Positions 10,500 through 20,523 of a DNA stretch of 64,000 bases are shown here, piece after piece (within the stretch, counting starts at the first letter, position 1; every line of letters begins with the position of its first letter). Both the position numbers and the translations under genes were made by a program. The DNA lies in the NCBI GenBank assembly GCA_041192345.1, contig JBEEND010000002.1:29568-93567 (forward strand), written 5' to 3'. This stretch comes from Actinomycetota bacterium. GTDB lineage: Bacteria; Actinomycetota; Actinomycetes; S36-B12; UBA5976. The notes under the pieces are model-generated. The model was not told where the DNA came from. It searched no databases and was given only the letters and a program-made list of their open reading frames with translations.

Positions 10500-11429
10500 A
10501 TGAGTGAGGAACGCAATCTATATTTCGACACGGCAACTCTCTACTACCGAGCATTTTTCGCCGTGCCGGAAAGCATTGTCGCCCCAGATGGCACGCCGTC
10601 GGGAGCGGTGCGCGGGTTCCTAGACATGGTCAGCGCGATTGCAAAGCAATTTCCAGCCAAGCAAGTAGTTTTCGCTTGGGATGATGATTGGCGGCCACAG
10701 TGGCGCGTGGATTTAGTCCCTTCATATAAATTGCATCGTGTGGAGGAAGAAGTATCCGAGCAACCAGATGCTTCCGTAGAAATTGTCCCGGATGCGCTCT
10801 CACCACAAATTGGAGCCATCAGCTACCTGCTGGATGCCATAGGTTTGCCTAGAATCGGTCAGCTTGGTCATGAAGCTGATGATGTACTTGGCGCACTTGT
10901 CGCCAAAGCAACCGGCCAATGTGATGTCGTTACTGGCGATCGAGATTTGTTTCAATTGGTTAGTGATCGTGAAAGCAACCGCGTCATCTCCATCACTAAG
11001 GGTGTTAAGAACTTGGAAGTAGTTGATGATGCGTACTTGCAGAATCGATACGGAATTACTGGCGCCCAGTACGCGGATTTCTCCATGTTGCGCGGCGACC
11101 CATCAGATGGTTTGCCAGGAGTCAAAGGAATAGGCGAGAAAACCGCGGCCAAGTTGATAACCGAACATGTTGACATTCTTGGATTGATTGCAGCAGCTAA
11201 AGATGATGCGGTAGCAATGCCCCCAGCAGTAAGACGAAACATCCTGGAGAGTCAGGCTTACATGAAGGCTGCTGGCAAGGTGGTACGCGTAAAAACCTCA
11301 GCGAAATTACCAAAGTCTTTGCAGGTGCCAAAAACTGTTAAGGATCCAGCGAGCTTGGCTTTGCTGACGAGCGCATGGGGAGTAGAAAAGCAAGTGGCTC
11401 GACTGCTTAAAACTCTTGGCGTTAGTTAG
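10500..11429 (+). CDS. 5'-3' exonuclease (Pol I N-terminal/FEN-like)
   Basis: LYFDTATLYYRAFFA, GHEADDVLG, TGDRDLFQLV, GLPGVKGIGEKTAAKL (H3TH). ATG at 10500 preferred over the TTG at 10494 listed in the ORF track. Confidence 0.8.
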   Translation: MSEERNLYFDTATLYYRAFFAVPESIVAPDGTPSGAVRGFLDMVSAIAKQFPAKQVVFAWDDDWRPQWRVDLVPSYKLHRVEEEVSEQPDASVEIVPDALSPQIGAISYLLDAIGLPRIGQLGHEADDVLGALVAKATGQCDVVTGDRDLFQLVSDRESNRVISITKGVKNLEVVDDAYLQNRYGITGAQYADFSMLRGDPSDGLPGVKGIGEKTAAKLITEHVDILGLIAAAKDDAVAMPPAVRRNILESQAYMKAAGKVVRVKTSAKLPKSLQVPKTVKDPASLALLTSAWGVEKQVARLLKTLGVS

Positions 11430-11441
11430 GTAACCTAGAGT

Positions 11442-12539
11442 ATGGTCGCTGATTACACCTCTCGAATTGCGCAAGTTGCTAGAAGTCTGGCAAAAACTCA
11501 ATCTGATGCCATCTTCATCACCCCTGGCGCTGACTTACGGTATTTAACTGGTTACGACGCGCTTCCATTAGAGCGCTTAACCTGTTTAGCGATTCGCTCA
11601 GATGGTCGATCTTGGATGATTGTTCCGACCCTTGAAAAGCCCTCCGCATTGGCGCACGGTGTACCTGACCTTGGTGTGAAACTGCTGGATTGGCAAGAAA
11701 CCCAAGATGCTTACAAGATTCTTCTTGGCGCGGTCGGTAAACCAAAGAATCCACTGGTGAACAATTTGATGTGGGTGGAAAAAGCATTTGGGATTCGCCA
11801 GGAACTGGGCGCAGAGGTTTCACTGGCTGGAAAACTGCTCTCCGACATTCGAGAAATTAAGTCACCCCAGGAAGTTGCGCACCTACATGAAGCTGGGCGC
11901 GCTATTGATGAAGTGCACTCCAATATGGGGATGTGGCTTCGACCAGGACGTACTGAGCGCGAAGTAGGGCGAGACATTGCCGAAGCCATTCTTGCTAGTG
12001 GACACGTAAAAGTTGATTTCGTAATCGTGGCGAGTGGTCCAAATGGCGCTAGTCCGCATCATGAACTTTCCGATCGAGTTATTGAAGCTGGTGAGCCTGT
12101 GGTTGTAGACATCGGTGGCACTATGCCAAGTGGCTATTGCAGTGATTGCACTCGGATGTATGTCTGTGGGCAACCACCGGCTGAATATTTGGCGCACTAC
12201 GAAGTCCTACTTGCTGCGCAAGAGGCAGCTCGATTGCACGCTAAGCCCGGGGTAACTTGTGAATCAGTGGATAACGCAGCGCGAGGAGTTTTAGTTGCCG
12301 CTGGATTAGGAGAACAGTTCATTCATCGAACCGGACATGGAATTGGTATGGAAACTCACGAGGAGCCCTACATCGTCGTTGGCAACAAGTCGCTGCTGGA
12401 ACTTGGACATGCTTTCTCAATTGAACCTGGCTTCTATTTTGAAGGACAATACGGAGCTCGGATTGAAGACATTGTTACCTGCACGACTAGTGGCATCTTG
12501 AGTGCGAATAACACTTCGCGAGAATTAGTAATTCTTTAA
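11442..12539 (+). CDS. pepE: M24-family Xaa-Pro dipeptidase/aminopeptidase
   Basis: Pita-bread metal ligand pattern: VVDIGG..GYCSDCTR, HRTGHGIGMETHE, SIEPGFY..GARIED. Confidence 0.8.
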   Translation: MVADYTSRIAQVARSLAKTQSDAIFITPGADLRYLTGYDALPLERLTCLAIRSDGRSWMIVPTLEKPSALAHGVPDLGVKLLDWQETQDAYKILLGAVGKPKNPLVNNLMWVEKAFGIRQELGAEVSLAGKLLSDIREIKSPQEVAHLHEAGRAIDEVHSNMGMWLRPGRTEREVGRDIAEAILASGHVKVDFVIVASGPNGASPHHELSDRVIEAGEPVVVDIGGTMPSGYCSDCTRMYVCGQPPAEYLAHYEVLLAAQEAARLHAKPGVTCESVDNAARGVLVAAGLGEQFIHRTGHGIGMETHEEPYIVVGNKSLLELGHAFSIEPGFYFEGQYGARIEDIVTCTTSGILSANNTSRELVIL

Positions 12540-12550
12540 CGGCCCTGGCA

Positions 12551-13999
12551 ATGCGATATCTTTTAGCTGGCATTGCTGGCGCAGTAACTGCTTGGTCGTT
12601 TTACCCAAGTCACTGGTGGGCAGCTGTGCCTGGCATCGCTCTGTTTCTCTTCACCGTCGATTTTCAAGTCCGGAAAAAACGAATCAAACTTGCACTTGTC
12701 TTCGCTGCAATCTTTTACGCATTCCATGTGCAATGGGTGAGTGTTCTTGGTAACGATGCGTGGTTTGGCCTGGTGTTGATCAGCACATTTCCTTGGCTGC
12801 TTATCGCAGTTCTACCCATTAACTCGAAAAGCAAATACTTTTACTTCGCCCCGGCAGCAACCATTGTGTTGATCGAAGCACTGCGGGCCAGCATTCCGTG
12901 GGGCGGATTCCCGTGGGGCCTAATTGCTTACAGTCAGCTCGATGGGCCACTTGTTCCATTGGCCACGATCGGCGGTCAAGGTCTAGTCACCGGGGTAGTG
13001 GTCGTGGTGGCTGCAACACTGGTGAAATTCCTCAAGTATCAAAAATTCATGGGGCTCTTGATTCCACTTATCATCCTTGGATTTGCAAATAATGTAGAGC
13101 CGTTTGAATCAAAGGAAACTATTACGTTGTCTGCAGTGCAGGGCAATGTTCCGCGAACTGGACTAGATGCAAAAACCCAGCGACTGACTGTGCTTAACAA
13201 CCACGTCGACTTAACAAATGAACTGTTAGCTGACATCGCGGCTGGCAAAGTCGCTGAACCTGACTTAATTGTTTGGCCAGAAAGTGGCACGGACATCGAT
13301 CCATTGCGCGCTGGAGTTTCAGCCACCCAGATTAATAAATTAGTCGCCAAAACCGACATCCCGATCTTGATTGGCGCCACAACTTGGGATGGCACTTCGC
13401 CAGGGGAGACCGGATCGGGTCCGCGAAATGCTGGAATTCTTTGGACTGCGCAATCAGGCCCAGGTCAGCTTTATGCAAAGAATCATTTAGTGCCTTTTGG
13501 TGAGTACATCCCACTTCGAAATGTGTTGGCAAAATACATTTCTAGGTTCGATCAAATACCCAATGATTTTGTTCCTGGGCAAACTCCAGGGGTGTTTAAC
13601 ATTGGAGGAAAGAATGTGGGAGATGTGATCTGCTTTGAAGTCGCTTACGCAAAACACATCAACGAAACCATTGCAGCCGGCGCACAAGTGTTCGTAGTCC
13701 AGACTAATAATTCAACGTATGGCAACACCGCGCAGCCAGCACAACAGTTCGCCATGACAAGGTTTCGTGCGATAGAAAATCAACGGGCATTTTTAGTGGC
13801 AAGCACTTCAGGTATCTCTGGTTTAATTTCCAATGACGGAACAGTATTGGCAGAAACAGCGCAATTCGAGTCAGCACTGGTGACTGGGGAAGTGGCACTA
13901 ATCTCCCAAAACACCACAAGTTTTAATTTCCCTAAGTGGGTTACTTACGCCGCCGCGATAATCATCGCCTTAGCTTGGCGTCGCAATCGCAAACTTTAA
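12551..13999 (+). CDS. lnt: Apolipoprotein N-acyltransferase
   Basis: Polytopic N-terminal membrane domain plus a C-N hydrolase domain (VWPESG, VICFEVAY). Confidence 0.8.
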   Translation: MRYLLAGIAGAVTAWSFYPSHWWAAVPGIALFLFTVDFQVRKKRIKLALVFAAIFYAFHVQWVSVLGNDAWFGLVLISTFPWLLIAVLPINSKSKYFYFAPAATIVLIEALRASIPWGGFPWGLIAYSQLDGPLVPLATIGGQGLVTGVVVVVAATLVKFLKYQKFMGLLIPLIILGFANNVEPFESKETITLSAVQGNVPRTGLDAKTQRLTVLNNHVDLTNELLADIAAGKVAEPDLIVWPESGTDIDPLRAGVSATQINKLVAKTDIPILIGATTWDGTSPGETGSGPRNAGILWTAQSGPGQLYAKNHLVPFGEYIPLRNVLAKYISRFDQIPNDFVPGQTPGVFNIGGKNVGDVICFEVAYAKHINETIAAGAQVFVVQTNNSTYGNTAQPAQQFAMTRFRAIENQRAFLVASTSGISGLISNDGTVLAETAQFESALVTGEVALISQNTTSFNFPKWVTYAAAIIIALAWRRNRKL

Positions 14000-14038
14000 T
14001 CTGGATTTCATACTTAAATAATGGATTAGACTTAACTA

Positions 14039-14794
14039 ATGTCATCAAGCAACTTAGGTAAAGTTTTAGTCGTAATACCGACATATAACGAACGCGAAAA
14101 CTTACCGTTGATAGTTGCAGGGGTTCGAGCTGCGGCTCCCGAGGTATACATACTGGTAGCTGATGACAATTCACCCGATGGCACTGGGGAAGTGGCTGAT
14201 GGCCTTGCTGCAAATGACTTGGCAGTTCAGGTATTGCATCGCCAGAACAAGGCCGGTTTAGGCGCGGCATATCTGGAAGCGTTCGCGTGGGCCAAGGATA
14301 AGAATTTTGACGTTGTAGTTGAAATGGACGCAGACGGATCACACAGTCCAACTGATCTTGTAAAAATCTTGGCTGCTCTTACTGACAGCGATGTAGTTTT
14401 AGGTTCGCGCTGGGTTAAAGGTGGCCGAGTAGTGAATTGGCCTAAGAGTCGTGAACTGTTATCACGCGGTGGCAACATTTACACTCGGCTATGGCTTGGG
14501 ATTCCGCTACGAGATGCGACGGGTGGTTTTAGGGCGTATCGCATGAGCGCACTAAACAAACTCGACATATCTAAAGTAGAAAGTCAGGGTTACTGCTTTC
14601 AAGTTGACATGGCTTGGCGCGCAGTACGCTCGGGCCTGCGCATAACCGAAGTTCCGATTACTTTCCTGGAGCGCGAAATCGGGGAAAGCAAAATGAATCA
14701 AGCAATAGTTAAGGAAGCACTTTGGCGAGTGACGCAATGGGGTCTAGCTAAACGCAGCGCTGACCTAAAGCGTTTGCTCAAATTAGGAAGATAA
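14039..14794 (+). CDS. ppm1: Polyprenol monophosphomannose synthase (GT2)
   Basis: VVIPTYNERENL, VADDNSPDGT, EMDADGSH. Adjacent to lnt, as in species where the two Ppm1 domains are split. Confidence 0.85.
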   Translation: MSSSNLGKVLVVIPTYNERENLPLIVAGVRAAAPEVYILVADDNSPDGTGEVADGLAANDLAVQVLHRQNKAGLGAAYLEAFAWAKDKNFDVVVEMDADGSHSPTDLVKILAALTDSDVVLGSRWVKGGRVVNWPKSRELLSRGGNIYTRLWLGIPLRDATGGFRAYRMSALNKLDISKVESQGYCFQVDMAWRAVRSGLRITEVPITFLEREIGESKMNQAIVKEALWRVTQWGLAKRSADLKRLLKLGR

Positions 14795-14800
14795 TTGCGC

Positions 14801-15136
14801 TCAGGCAGTTTTACGAGGATGCCGCAGGACTTCTAGCCGTTCCTTAAGAATCCCCTCAAGATCTTTCACCGTTCGTCGCTCCAGCAGCATCTCCCAGTGG
14901 GTGCGCACATGCTTTGGCTTTGCTGGTTCATCCTGGGCGGCTCCTACGAGCATTCCGGTCGCGCCACAAGCACAGGGCCAGGTATCTGGTATCTCATCAG
15001 CTTCCGCCGAGAATGGCATAGTTACTTGGTGACCTTGATCGCAGACGTATGTAGTTAGCGCCCTGGGCGCGAATAATCCACTATCTGTTTCATAACTCGT
15101 GGTTCCCATTCGAGAACCTCTCATTGTGTTAGCCAT
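14801..15136 (-). CDS. rbpA: RNA polymerase-binding protein RbpA
   Basis: 111 aa. YVCDQGHQVTMPF..PDTWPCACG zinc-ribbon-like core and HVRTHWEMLLERRT sigma-interaction segment. ATG at 15136 has a GGAGG SD 7 nt upstream, so the 10-codon extension in the ORF track is rejected. Confidence 0.9.
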   Translation of the reverse strand: MANTMRGSRMGTTSYETDSGLFAPRALTTYVCDQGHQVTMPFSAEADEIPDTWPCACGATGMLVGAAQDEPAKPKHVRTHWEMLLERRTVKDLEGILKERLEVLRHPRKTA

Positions 15137-15281
15137 TTTGTGCCTCCTGCAACTCGCGCCAAGCATCTGTGCTGGTTACTCACAAAGTACTTTTCGCTCG
15201 TGCAAGGTTTACCCAAGAAACCGCCAATTAAACTCAACGATTAGAAAACCTCAGTATCCAATGGGTTAATTGTTATAATTA

Positions 15282-15309
15282 GTAACCGATAAGATACATT
15301 ATGTCAAGT
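15282..15309. other. dif: Candidate dif site (XerC/XerD chromosome-dimer resolution site)
   Basis: GTAACCGATAA-GATACA-TTATGTCAAGT has the 11-6-11 dif architecture. It keeps the conserved ATAA-N6-TTATGTnAAnT core seen in E. coli dif (GGTGCGCATAA-TGTATA-TTATGTTAAAT). Intergenic, about 0.5 kb from the convergent + to - gene-polarity switch. Confidence 0.75.
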
Positions 15310-15320
15310 TAAAGAAATAC

Positions 15321-18218
15321 CTAGGCAAAATCTGAAATTGGCGGGCAAGCACAAACTAGGTTGCGATCCCCGTACGCGCCATCAAGGCGACGCACTGGCG
15401 GCCAATATTTAGATTCGCGTAGGCGAGCAACTGGATATGCGGCTTGCTCACGGCTGTATGGATGATCCCAATCTGCCAGCAAGTACGCAGCGGTGTGAGG
15501 CGCATTATGCAGCGGATTATCATCCACTGGCCAAGTTCCCGCCTGTACCTCTTTGATCTCCTGCTTAATGGATTTCATGGCTTCAATAAACCGGTCCAGC
15601 TCGTAAAGCGATTCGCTCTCAGTTGGTTCCACCATAAAAGTGCCAGCAACTGGGAAGGACATAGTTGGAGCGTGGAAACCATAGTCAACTAGTCGCTTAG
15701 CGACATCATCAATAGTCACGCCTGATTCCTTAGTTATCTCACGCAAATCCAAGATGCATTCGTGCGCGACTAAACCGTTAGCGCCAACATACAAAATTGG
15801 ATAATCTTCGGCTAAATGCTTTGCGATGTAATTTCCAGATGCAACGGCAACTTGAGTTGCCTTAGTTAGACCGGTGCCACCCATCAAGCGAATGTATGCC
15901 CACGGAATTGGCAAGATACCTGCGCTACCCCAAGGAGCTCCACTGACCGCTCCTACCCCACCATCAGCGAACCCGCGCGCAGTTGGACCTGCCTCTGGGC
16001 GCAATGGATGCGATGGTAAAAACGATGCAAGATGTGCGCGCACGCCAACTGGACCAACGCCCGGTCCACCGCCACCGTGTGGGATGGCAAAAGTTTTGTG
16101 CAAATTCAAGTGCGAAACATCGGCGCCAAATTTACCTGGCTTTGCAAGTCCTACTAAGGCATTCAAGTTTGCGCCGTCAACATATACCTGACCGCCGGCG
16201 TCGTGAATCATCGCGCAAATATCAGTTACCGATGCTTCATAAACTCCGTGCGTAGATGGATACGTGATCATCAAAGCAGCTAGTTGGGATTCATGTTCAA
16301 GAATCTTGTGCTTTAGATCGTCCATGTCCACGTTGCCAAAGTCATCGCAGCCAACAACAACAACTCGCATGCCGGCCATAACAGCTGATGCGGCATTTGT
16401 GCCATGCGCCGAACTTGGGATCAAACAAACATTTCGCAGACTGTCCCCACGCGATTTGTGATACCCGCGAATAGCTAGCAAACCTGCGAACTCCCCTTGT
16501 GAGCCAGCATTTGGTTGCAAGGAAACTGCGTCGTAGCCAGTTATTTCAACTAACCAATCTTCTAACTGTCGAATCATTGCTAAGTACCCAGTCACGCTGT
16601 CTAGCGGCGCAAATGGATGGATACCGGCAAAGCCAGGCCAAGTAATAGATTCCATTTCCGTTGTGCCATTTAATTTCATTGTGCATGAACCAAGTGGAAT
16701 CATCGAGCGATCAAGTGCGATGTCTTTGTCGGAAAGTCTGCGGATGTAACGCAGCATTTCAGTTTCGCTTTGATGAGAGTTAAATACTGGATGCTCCAGG
16801 AATGCAGATTCCCGGTGCAACGTGTTAGGCAGGGTCTCCCCTTCCATACTTGGCGAGTAATTTGTTGGGAAAACTGCGCCCGTTGCATCGCTAAAGGCAG
16901 CCCAAACTTGCTCAACGGCTACCGTTGTAGTTGTTTCATCAACGCTGAGTGAAATTGTGCCCTGGTCAATCTCCCAAACTGTGATGCCACGAGTGCGAGC
17001 AGCGTTCACTATGGCTCGCGCTTTTCCTGGAACACTTACCCGAACAGTGTCGAAGAACTCGGTACTAACTGTTGCATTTGAATCTTTTGCTAAACCTTGA
17101 GCGATGCCTTCGGCAAGCGCGTTTGCACGTCGGTGCACATTTCGCGCGATCCGGCGCAATCCAACTGGTCCGTGATACACCGCATACATCGATGCCATAA
17201 CTGCCAGCAGAACTTGGGCAGTACAGATGTTGCTGGTGGCCTTATCGCGACGAATGTGTTGTTCGCGCGTTTGTAAAGCAAGTCGGTATGCCTTGTTGCC
17301 ATCAGCATCAACACTGACGCCAACTAGTCGACCTGGCAAAGAACGTTCTAAGCCATTACGAACTGCCATAAAGCCGGCGTGTGGTCCACCAAATCCCATA
17401 GGCACGCCAAAGCGCTGCGAAGAACCTACTGCAATGTCGGCGCCTAATTCTCCGGGCGACTTCAAAAGTGTTAGTGCTAATAAATCTGTGGTGATTCCAA
17501 TAAATACCCCAGCGTCTTTTGCTTCTCGAATACTAGGTTCCAAGTCACGAACTTTTCCGCTGCTACCTGGATAACTTAAAAGCACACCAAAACTTTCGGG
17601 GATCTTCTGGATGTCAACGTCAATTAATACAAGTTCAATTCCAATTGGCTCGGCGCGCGTTGCAAGCACAGCTAAAGTCTGTGGATGCGTATCGGAATCA
17701 ACTACGAAAACATTTGATTCACTCTTGGAACTACGACGCATAAGTGTCATGGCTTCGGCTGCTGCCGTTGATTCATCAAGTAGCGAGGCACTTGCGATGT
17801 CTAAGCCAGTCAAATCGGTGACCATAGTTTGGAAGTTAAGTAAAGCTTCTAAGCGGCCTTGCGCAATCTCTGGTTGGTAAGGTGTGTAAGCGGTGTACCA
17901 AGCCGGGTTCTCAGTGATGTTTCGCAGGATTACCCCAGGGGTATGCGTGCCGTAGTAACCCAGACCAATCATCGAAGTAAGCACTTCATTTGAATCTGCG
18001 AAAGCTTTTAACTCAGCAAGTACTTCGGCTTCACTTACGCCATCAGCAATTGCTAGCGGCGCTGGATTTTGAATGTTAATCGGCACTGCAGCATTACTTA
18101 GATCACTTAATGTGCTGTAGTTCAGGAAATTAAGAATCTTGGTTAAGTCGCTGGTGTTTGGTCCAATGTGACGATCCGCAAATTGTTCGTACGAATCGTG
18201 ATGAGCTTGAACTGTCAT
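15321..18218 (-). CDS. gcvP: Glycine dehydrogenase (decarboxylating), glycine cleavage P protein
   Basis: 965 aa single-chain P protein. [26 protein letters not shown], and [18 protein letters not shown] (PLP lysine region). Confidence 0.95.
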   Translation of the reverse strand: MTVQAHHDSYEQFADRHIGPNTSDLTKILNFLNYSTLSDLSNAAVPINIQNPAPLAIADGVSEAEVLAELKAFADSNEVLTSMIGLGYYGTHTPGVILRNITENPAWYTAYTPYQPEIAQGRLEALLNFQTMVTDLTGLDIASASLLDESTAAAEAMTLMRRSSKSESNVFVVDSDTHPQTLAVLATRAEPIGIELVLIDVDIQKIPESFGVLLSYPGSSGKVRDLEPSIREAKDAGVFIGITTDLLALTLLKSPGELGADIAVGSSQRFGVPMGFGGPHAGFMAVRNGLERSLPGRLVGVSVDADGNKAYRLALQTREQHIRRDKATSNICTAQVLLAVMASMYAVYHGPVGLRRIARNVHRRANALAEGIAQGLAKDSNATVSTEFFDTVRVSVPGKARAIVNAARTRGITVWEIDQGTISLSVDETTTTVAVEQVWAAFSDATGAVFPTNYSPSMEGETLPNTLHRESAFLEHPVFNSHQSETEMLRYIRRLSDKDIALDRSMIPLGSCTMKLNGTTEMESITWPGFAGIHPFAPLDSVTGYLAMIRQLEDWLVEITGYDAVSLQPNAGSQGEFAGLLAIRGYHKSRGDSLRNVCLIPSSAHGTNAASAVMAGMRVVVVGCDDFGNVDMDDLKHKILEHESQLAALMITYPSTHGVYEASVTDICAMIHDAGGQVYVDGANLNALVGLAKPGKFGADVSHLNLHKTFAIPHGGGGPGVGPVGVRAHLASFLPSHPLRPEAGPTARGFADGGVGAVSGAPWGSAGILPIPWAYIRLMGGTGLTKATQVAVASGNYIAKHLAEDYPILYVGANGLVAHECILDLREITKESGVTIDDVAKRLVDYGFHAPTMSFPVAGTFMVEPTESESLYELDRFIEAMKSIKQEIKEVQAGTWPVDDNPLHNAPHTAAYLLADWDHPYSREQAAYPVARLRESKYWPPVRRLDGAYGDRNLVCACPPISDFA

Positions 18219-18297
18219 GCTGTGCCTCTTATGCAGTAGAAGGATCGACCGTTACCGGCCCTCCCCCTCTGTCGTGAGAACACTTCAGAGTTGCTGA

Positions 18298-18383
18298 ATC
18301 CAAGTAGTCCTTTTGCCTGAGAGGTTCTGAGGAGCATTGCCCCGTCGGCGTCGCACTGGCTGTGCGCTCTCTCCCACTCGGAT
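18298..18383 (-). promoter_or_regulatory. Glycine riboswitch aptamer (gcvP leader)
   Basis: The minus strand reads ATCCGAGT-GGGAGAG..CGCCGACGGGGCAA..CTCTCAGGCAAAAGGAC-TACTTGGAT. It has GGAGAG, GGGGCAA and CUCAGGCAAAAGGAC glycine-aptamer signatures closed by an 8-bp P1. Lies 80 nt upstream of the gcvP ATG. Confidence 0.7.
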
Positions 18384-18427
18384 TCGATAGCCCTTAAAGC
18401 GTACTACGCAAGCCAGTTGGAGGCGCG

Positions 18428-19057
18428 TTACTCCCCCGCGACCCGTGCCCGACGGCGAAGCGATAGTTCATCCGTGGCATCTGTTTCTGGCGAATCAGAC
18501 ACTGCGTATTCATATTGATCACTAGGTAGTGAGGCCAGCGTGCCCTCAATTTCTTGCCAAACCCGTCCTACGGCAATGCCAAATACCCCCTGGCCGCCTG
18601 CGAGCAGGTCATAAACTTCATCGGGTGAGGTGCATTCGTATATTCCTACGCCATCACTCATAAGTGTTATTTGCGAAAGATCTGTAGTTCCACGCTCCCG
18701 CAACTGCTCAACAGCGGTGCGAATCTGTTGCAGTGATACGCCAGTATCCAGAAGACGCTTCACAATCTTTAGCTCGAGGATGTCGCGAAACCCGTAAAGC
18801 CTGGCGTTACCCGAACCAGTGGCTGGACGCACAGTTGGTGTCACAAGGCAAGTTCGCGCCCAGTAATCAAGTTGGCGATAAGTAATGCCTACTACCCCGG
18901 CTGCAATCGGCCCACGGTAACCAATGGCAGGCAATGAGTCCATATCAGTTTCATCAAAAAGCAAACCCTGCTCGCCCGCAGCAATTACCGCTGCTTCCCG
19001 CGCAATGTCGCGGTGAACTTGAGCTGTGTTCTCTGGCGGATTGCCAAGATCTGTCAT
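18428..19057 (-). CDS. MerR-family transcriptional regulator
   Basis: HTH ITYRQLDYWARTCLVTP and RLYGFRDILELKIVKRLLDTGVSLQQIR. ATG at 19057 is preceded by AGGAG at a 6-nt spacing. Syntenic with the mycobacterial MerR gene next to gcvB. Confidence 0.8.
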   Translation of the reverse strand: MTDLGNPPENTAQVHRDIAREAAVIAAGEQGLLFDETDMDSLPAIGYRGPIAAGVVGITYRQLDYWARTCLVTPTVRPATGSGNARLYGFRDILELKIVKRLLDTGVSLQQIRTAVEQLRERGTTDLSQITLMSDGVGIYECTSPDEVYDLLAGGQGVFGIAVGRVWQEIEGTLASLPSDQYEYAVSDSPETDATDELSLRRRARVAGE

Positions 19058-19121
19058 GCGGTGCTCCTGGTGCATACAGGCAGAGCCGACTAATCAACCC
19101 AAGGGGAACCCGTGTCCCTTC

Positions 19122-19150
19122 ACAATAGAACTAGCGGATATATAGGTCAA
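19122..19150 (-). promoter_or_regulatory. Candidate sigma-A type promoter (TTGACC-17 nt-TATTGT)
   Basis: The minus strand reads cattGACCtatatatccgctagttcTATTGTgaaggg, in the 172-nt intergenic region upstream of the MerR gene. Sequence match only. Confidence 0.35.
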
Positions 19151-19229
19151 TGACATCGCTATCCGACACGCCGAAGGATAAACCTAAACGTCTAGTTGAG
19201 GTACAAAACCCCTGATGAACGCTTAAAAC

Positions 19230-19733
19230 CTAACTGAAATCGTCCGGTTTAATGTCATCCAGGAAAGCCCGAAACTTCTCAAGTTCATCGGCGCTCATAT
19301 CCTGCCCGCCAGGTCCATCCCCTATGGAAAACTCGTCAGATTCAGCCAGGTCCATCCCCGCGAAATCCATAATCTCTTTAGTAACAAATACTGGGACACT
19401 GGTTCGAATCGCCAGCGCAATCGCATCTGAGGGGCGAGCGCTAATTGCATCGTGGTTCAAAAAATTCAGGGTCGCAAAAAACGTTCCCTCAACGAGCTCG
19501 GTGACCGTTACCGAGGAGACCTGACCGCCAAGTTGAGCAATGGCATTAACCAGCAGGTCATGAGTTTGTGGCCGAGCCGGAACAACGCCATCTAAAGCAA
19601 GCGAGATTGCACTTGCTTCCGCGGTACCGATCCAAAGTGGCAAATAACGCGCGGCATTTTGGTCGCGCAAGATAAGCACCGGCTGGTTGGAAGGCAATTC
19701 CAGTCGGATTCCGACGACATCTACTTCTCTCAC
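19230..19733 (-). CDS. Bifunctional nuclease family protein (DUF151)
   Basis: REVDVVGIRLELPSNQPVLILRD..RYLPLWIGTAEASAI..THDLL matches the conserved family N-terminus. GTG at 19733 chosen so the gene does not overlap the upstream MerR gene; no clear SD. Confidence 0.7.
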   Translation of the reverse strand: MREVDVVGIRLELPSNQPVLILRDQNAARYLPLWIGTAEASAISLALDGVVPARPQTHDLLVNAIAQLGGQVSSVTVTELVEGTFFATLNFLNHDAISARPSDAIALAIRTSVPVFVTKEIMDFAGMDLAESDEFSIGDGPGGQDMSADELEKFRAFLDDIKPDDFS

Positions 19734-19788
19734 ACCACAGAGTCTATTCGCACTGCCCGCGCCCGCATTAATTGGCACAAAGTTAACT

Positions 19789-20523
19789 CTAATTCTGGCG
19801 GTCGATAACTTCCCGGACCAACAGACCATGCAACGAGATGATCAGGGAAGCCAGCTGTAGTGAGAGTTCTTCGGCTTGCGCGCCGGCTGCCGGAGTTCGC
19901 TGGGCGGCAGCGCTTTTCACTATCGGCGCAAATAGATCCACTTCGCGGCTAGCGCTGGAAAGCACAGTTTTGAGGTGCCTGGGTTCTAGGCCAAAACTGC
20001 GCAAAGTTAGCGCTAAGGAAACGACTGCCGATGCGGTCAGTGAAAAGTAACCCTGGCTATCAGGTTTAACTAATCCAAATTCCACAAGTTGATCGAGGAA
20101 TTCTGGATCACTTTGGGTATCAGCAATAAGCTCTAACCGATTCATTCGCACAATCGAAGCCGCATTTGATGAATCTAAAGTTTCGGTACTGATTAATGCT
20201 CGCGGTGGCTTTGGCGCAGTGTCCCCGACCGCAACTGGTTCTAAGCCACGGTTAAGCGCATCAATGTGCTCTTTTATGACGCGCAGCGGCAAAAAATGAT
20301 CGCGTTGCATCCGCAGGACATAGCGAAGTCGCTCAACATCAACGAGGGAAAACTTTCGATAGCCACTGGGCGTGCGTTCTGGCAGAACTAAACCATTTGT
20401 TTCAAGGAATCTGATTTTAGAGATCGAGATGTCTTCAAATTCGTTTCTTAATCGAACGAGAACTTCGCCGATACTTAAAAGTGCTGGTGAGTGCTTGGAA
20501 AAATCAAAGTTCGGAGAACTCAT
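19789..20523 (-). CDS. MerR-family transcriptional regulator (FtsR/Rv1828-like)
   Basis: LSIGEVLVRLRNEFEDISISKIRFLETNGLVLPERTPSGYRKFS MerR HTH. ATG immediately follows the garA TAA. Confidence 0.8.
   Translation of the reverse strand: MSSPNFDFSKHSPALLSIGEVLVRLRNEFEDISISKIRFLETNGLVLPERTPSGYRKFSLVDVERLRYVLRMQRDHFLPLRVIKEHIDALNRGLEPVAVGDTAPKPPRALISTETLDSSNAASIVRMNRLELIADTQSDPEFLDQLVEFGLVKPDSQGYFSLTASAVVSLALTLRSFGLEPRHLKTVLSSASREVDLFAPIVKSAAAQRTPAAGAQAEELSLQLASLIISLHGLLVREVIDRQN

Noticed and set aside
15236-15259. A sigma-H/sigma-R-like element upstream of rbpA (GGATA..N16..CGTT). rbpA is sigma-R dependent in Streptomyces.
   Set aside because: It has a mismatch in the GGAA(T) core and the spacer is 1-2 nt shorter than the consensus. 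That is not enough to call.
15302-15307. A perfect TTGACA hexamer (minus strand), followed 17 nt later by TACTAA, looked like a promoter for rbpA.
   Set aside because: The TTGACA is the core of the XerD-arm of the dif-like site (TTATGTCAAGT). The -10 candidate is poor (TACTAA), and the implied 5' UTR would start inside dif. The dif interpretation explains the sequence better.
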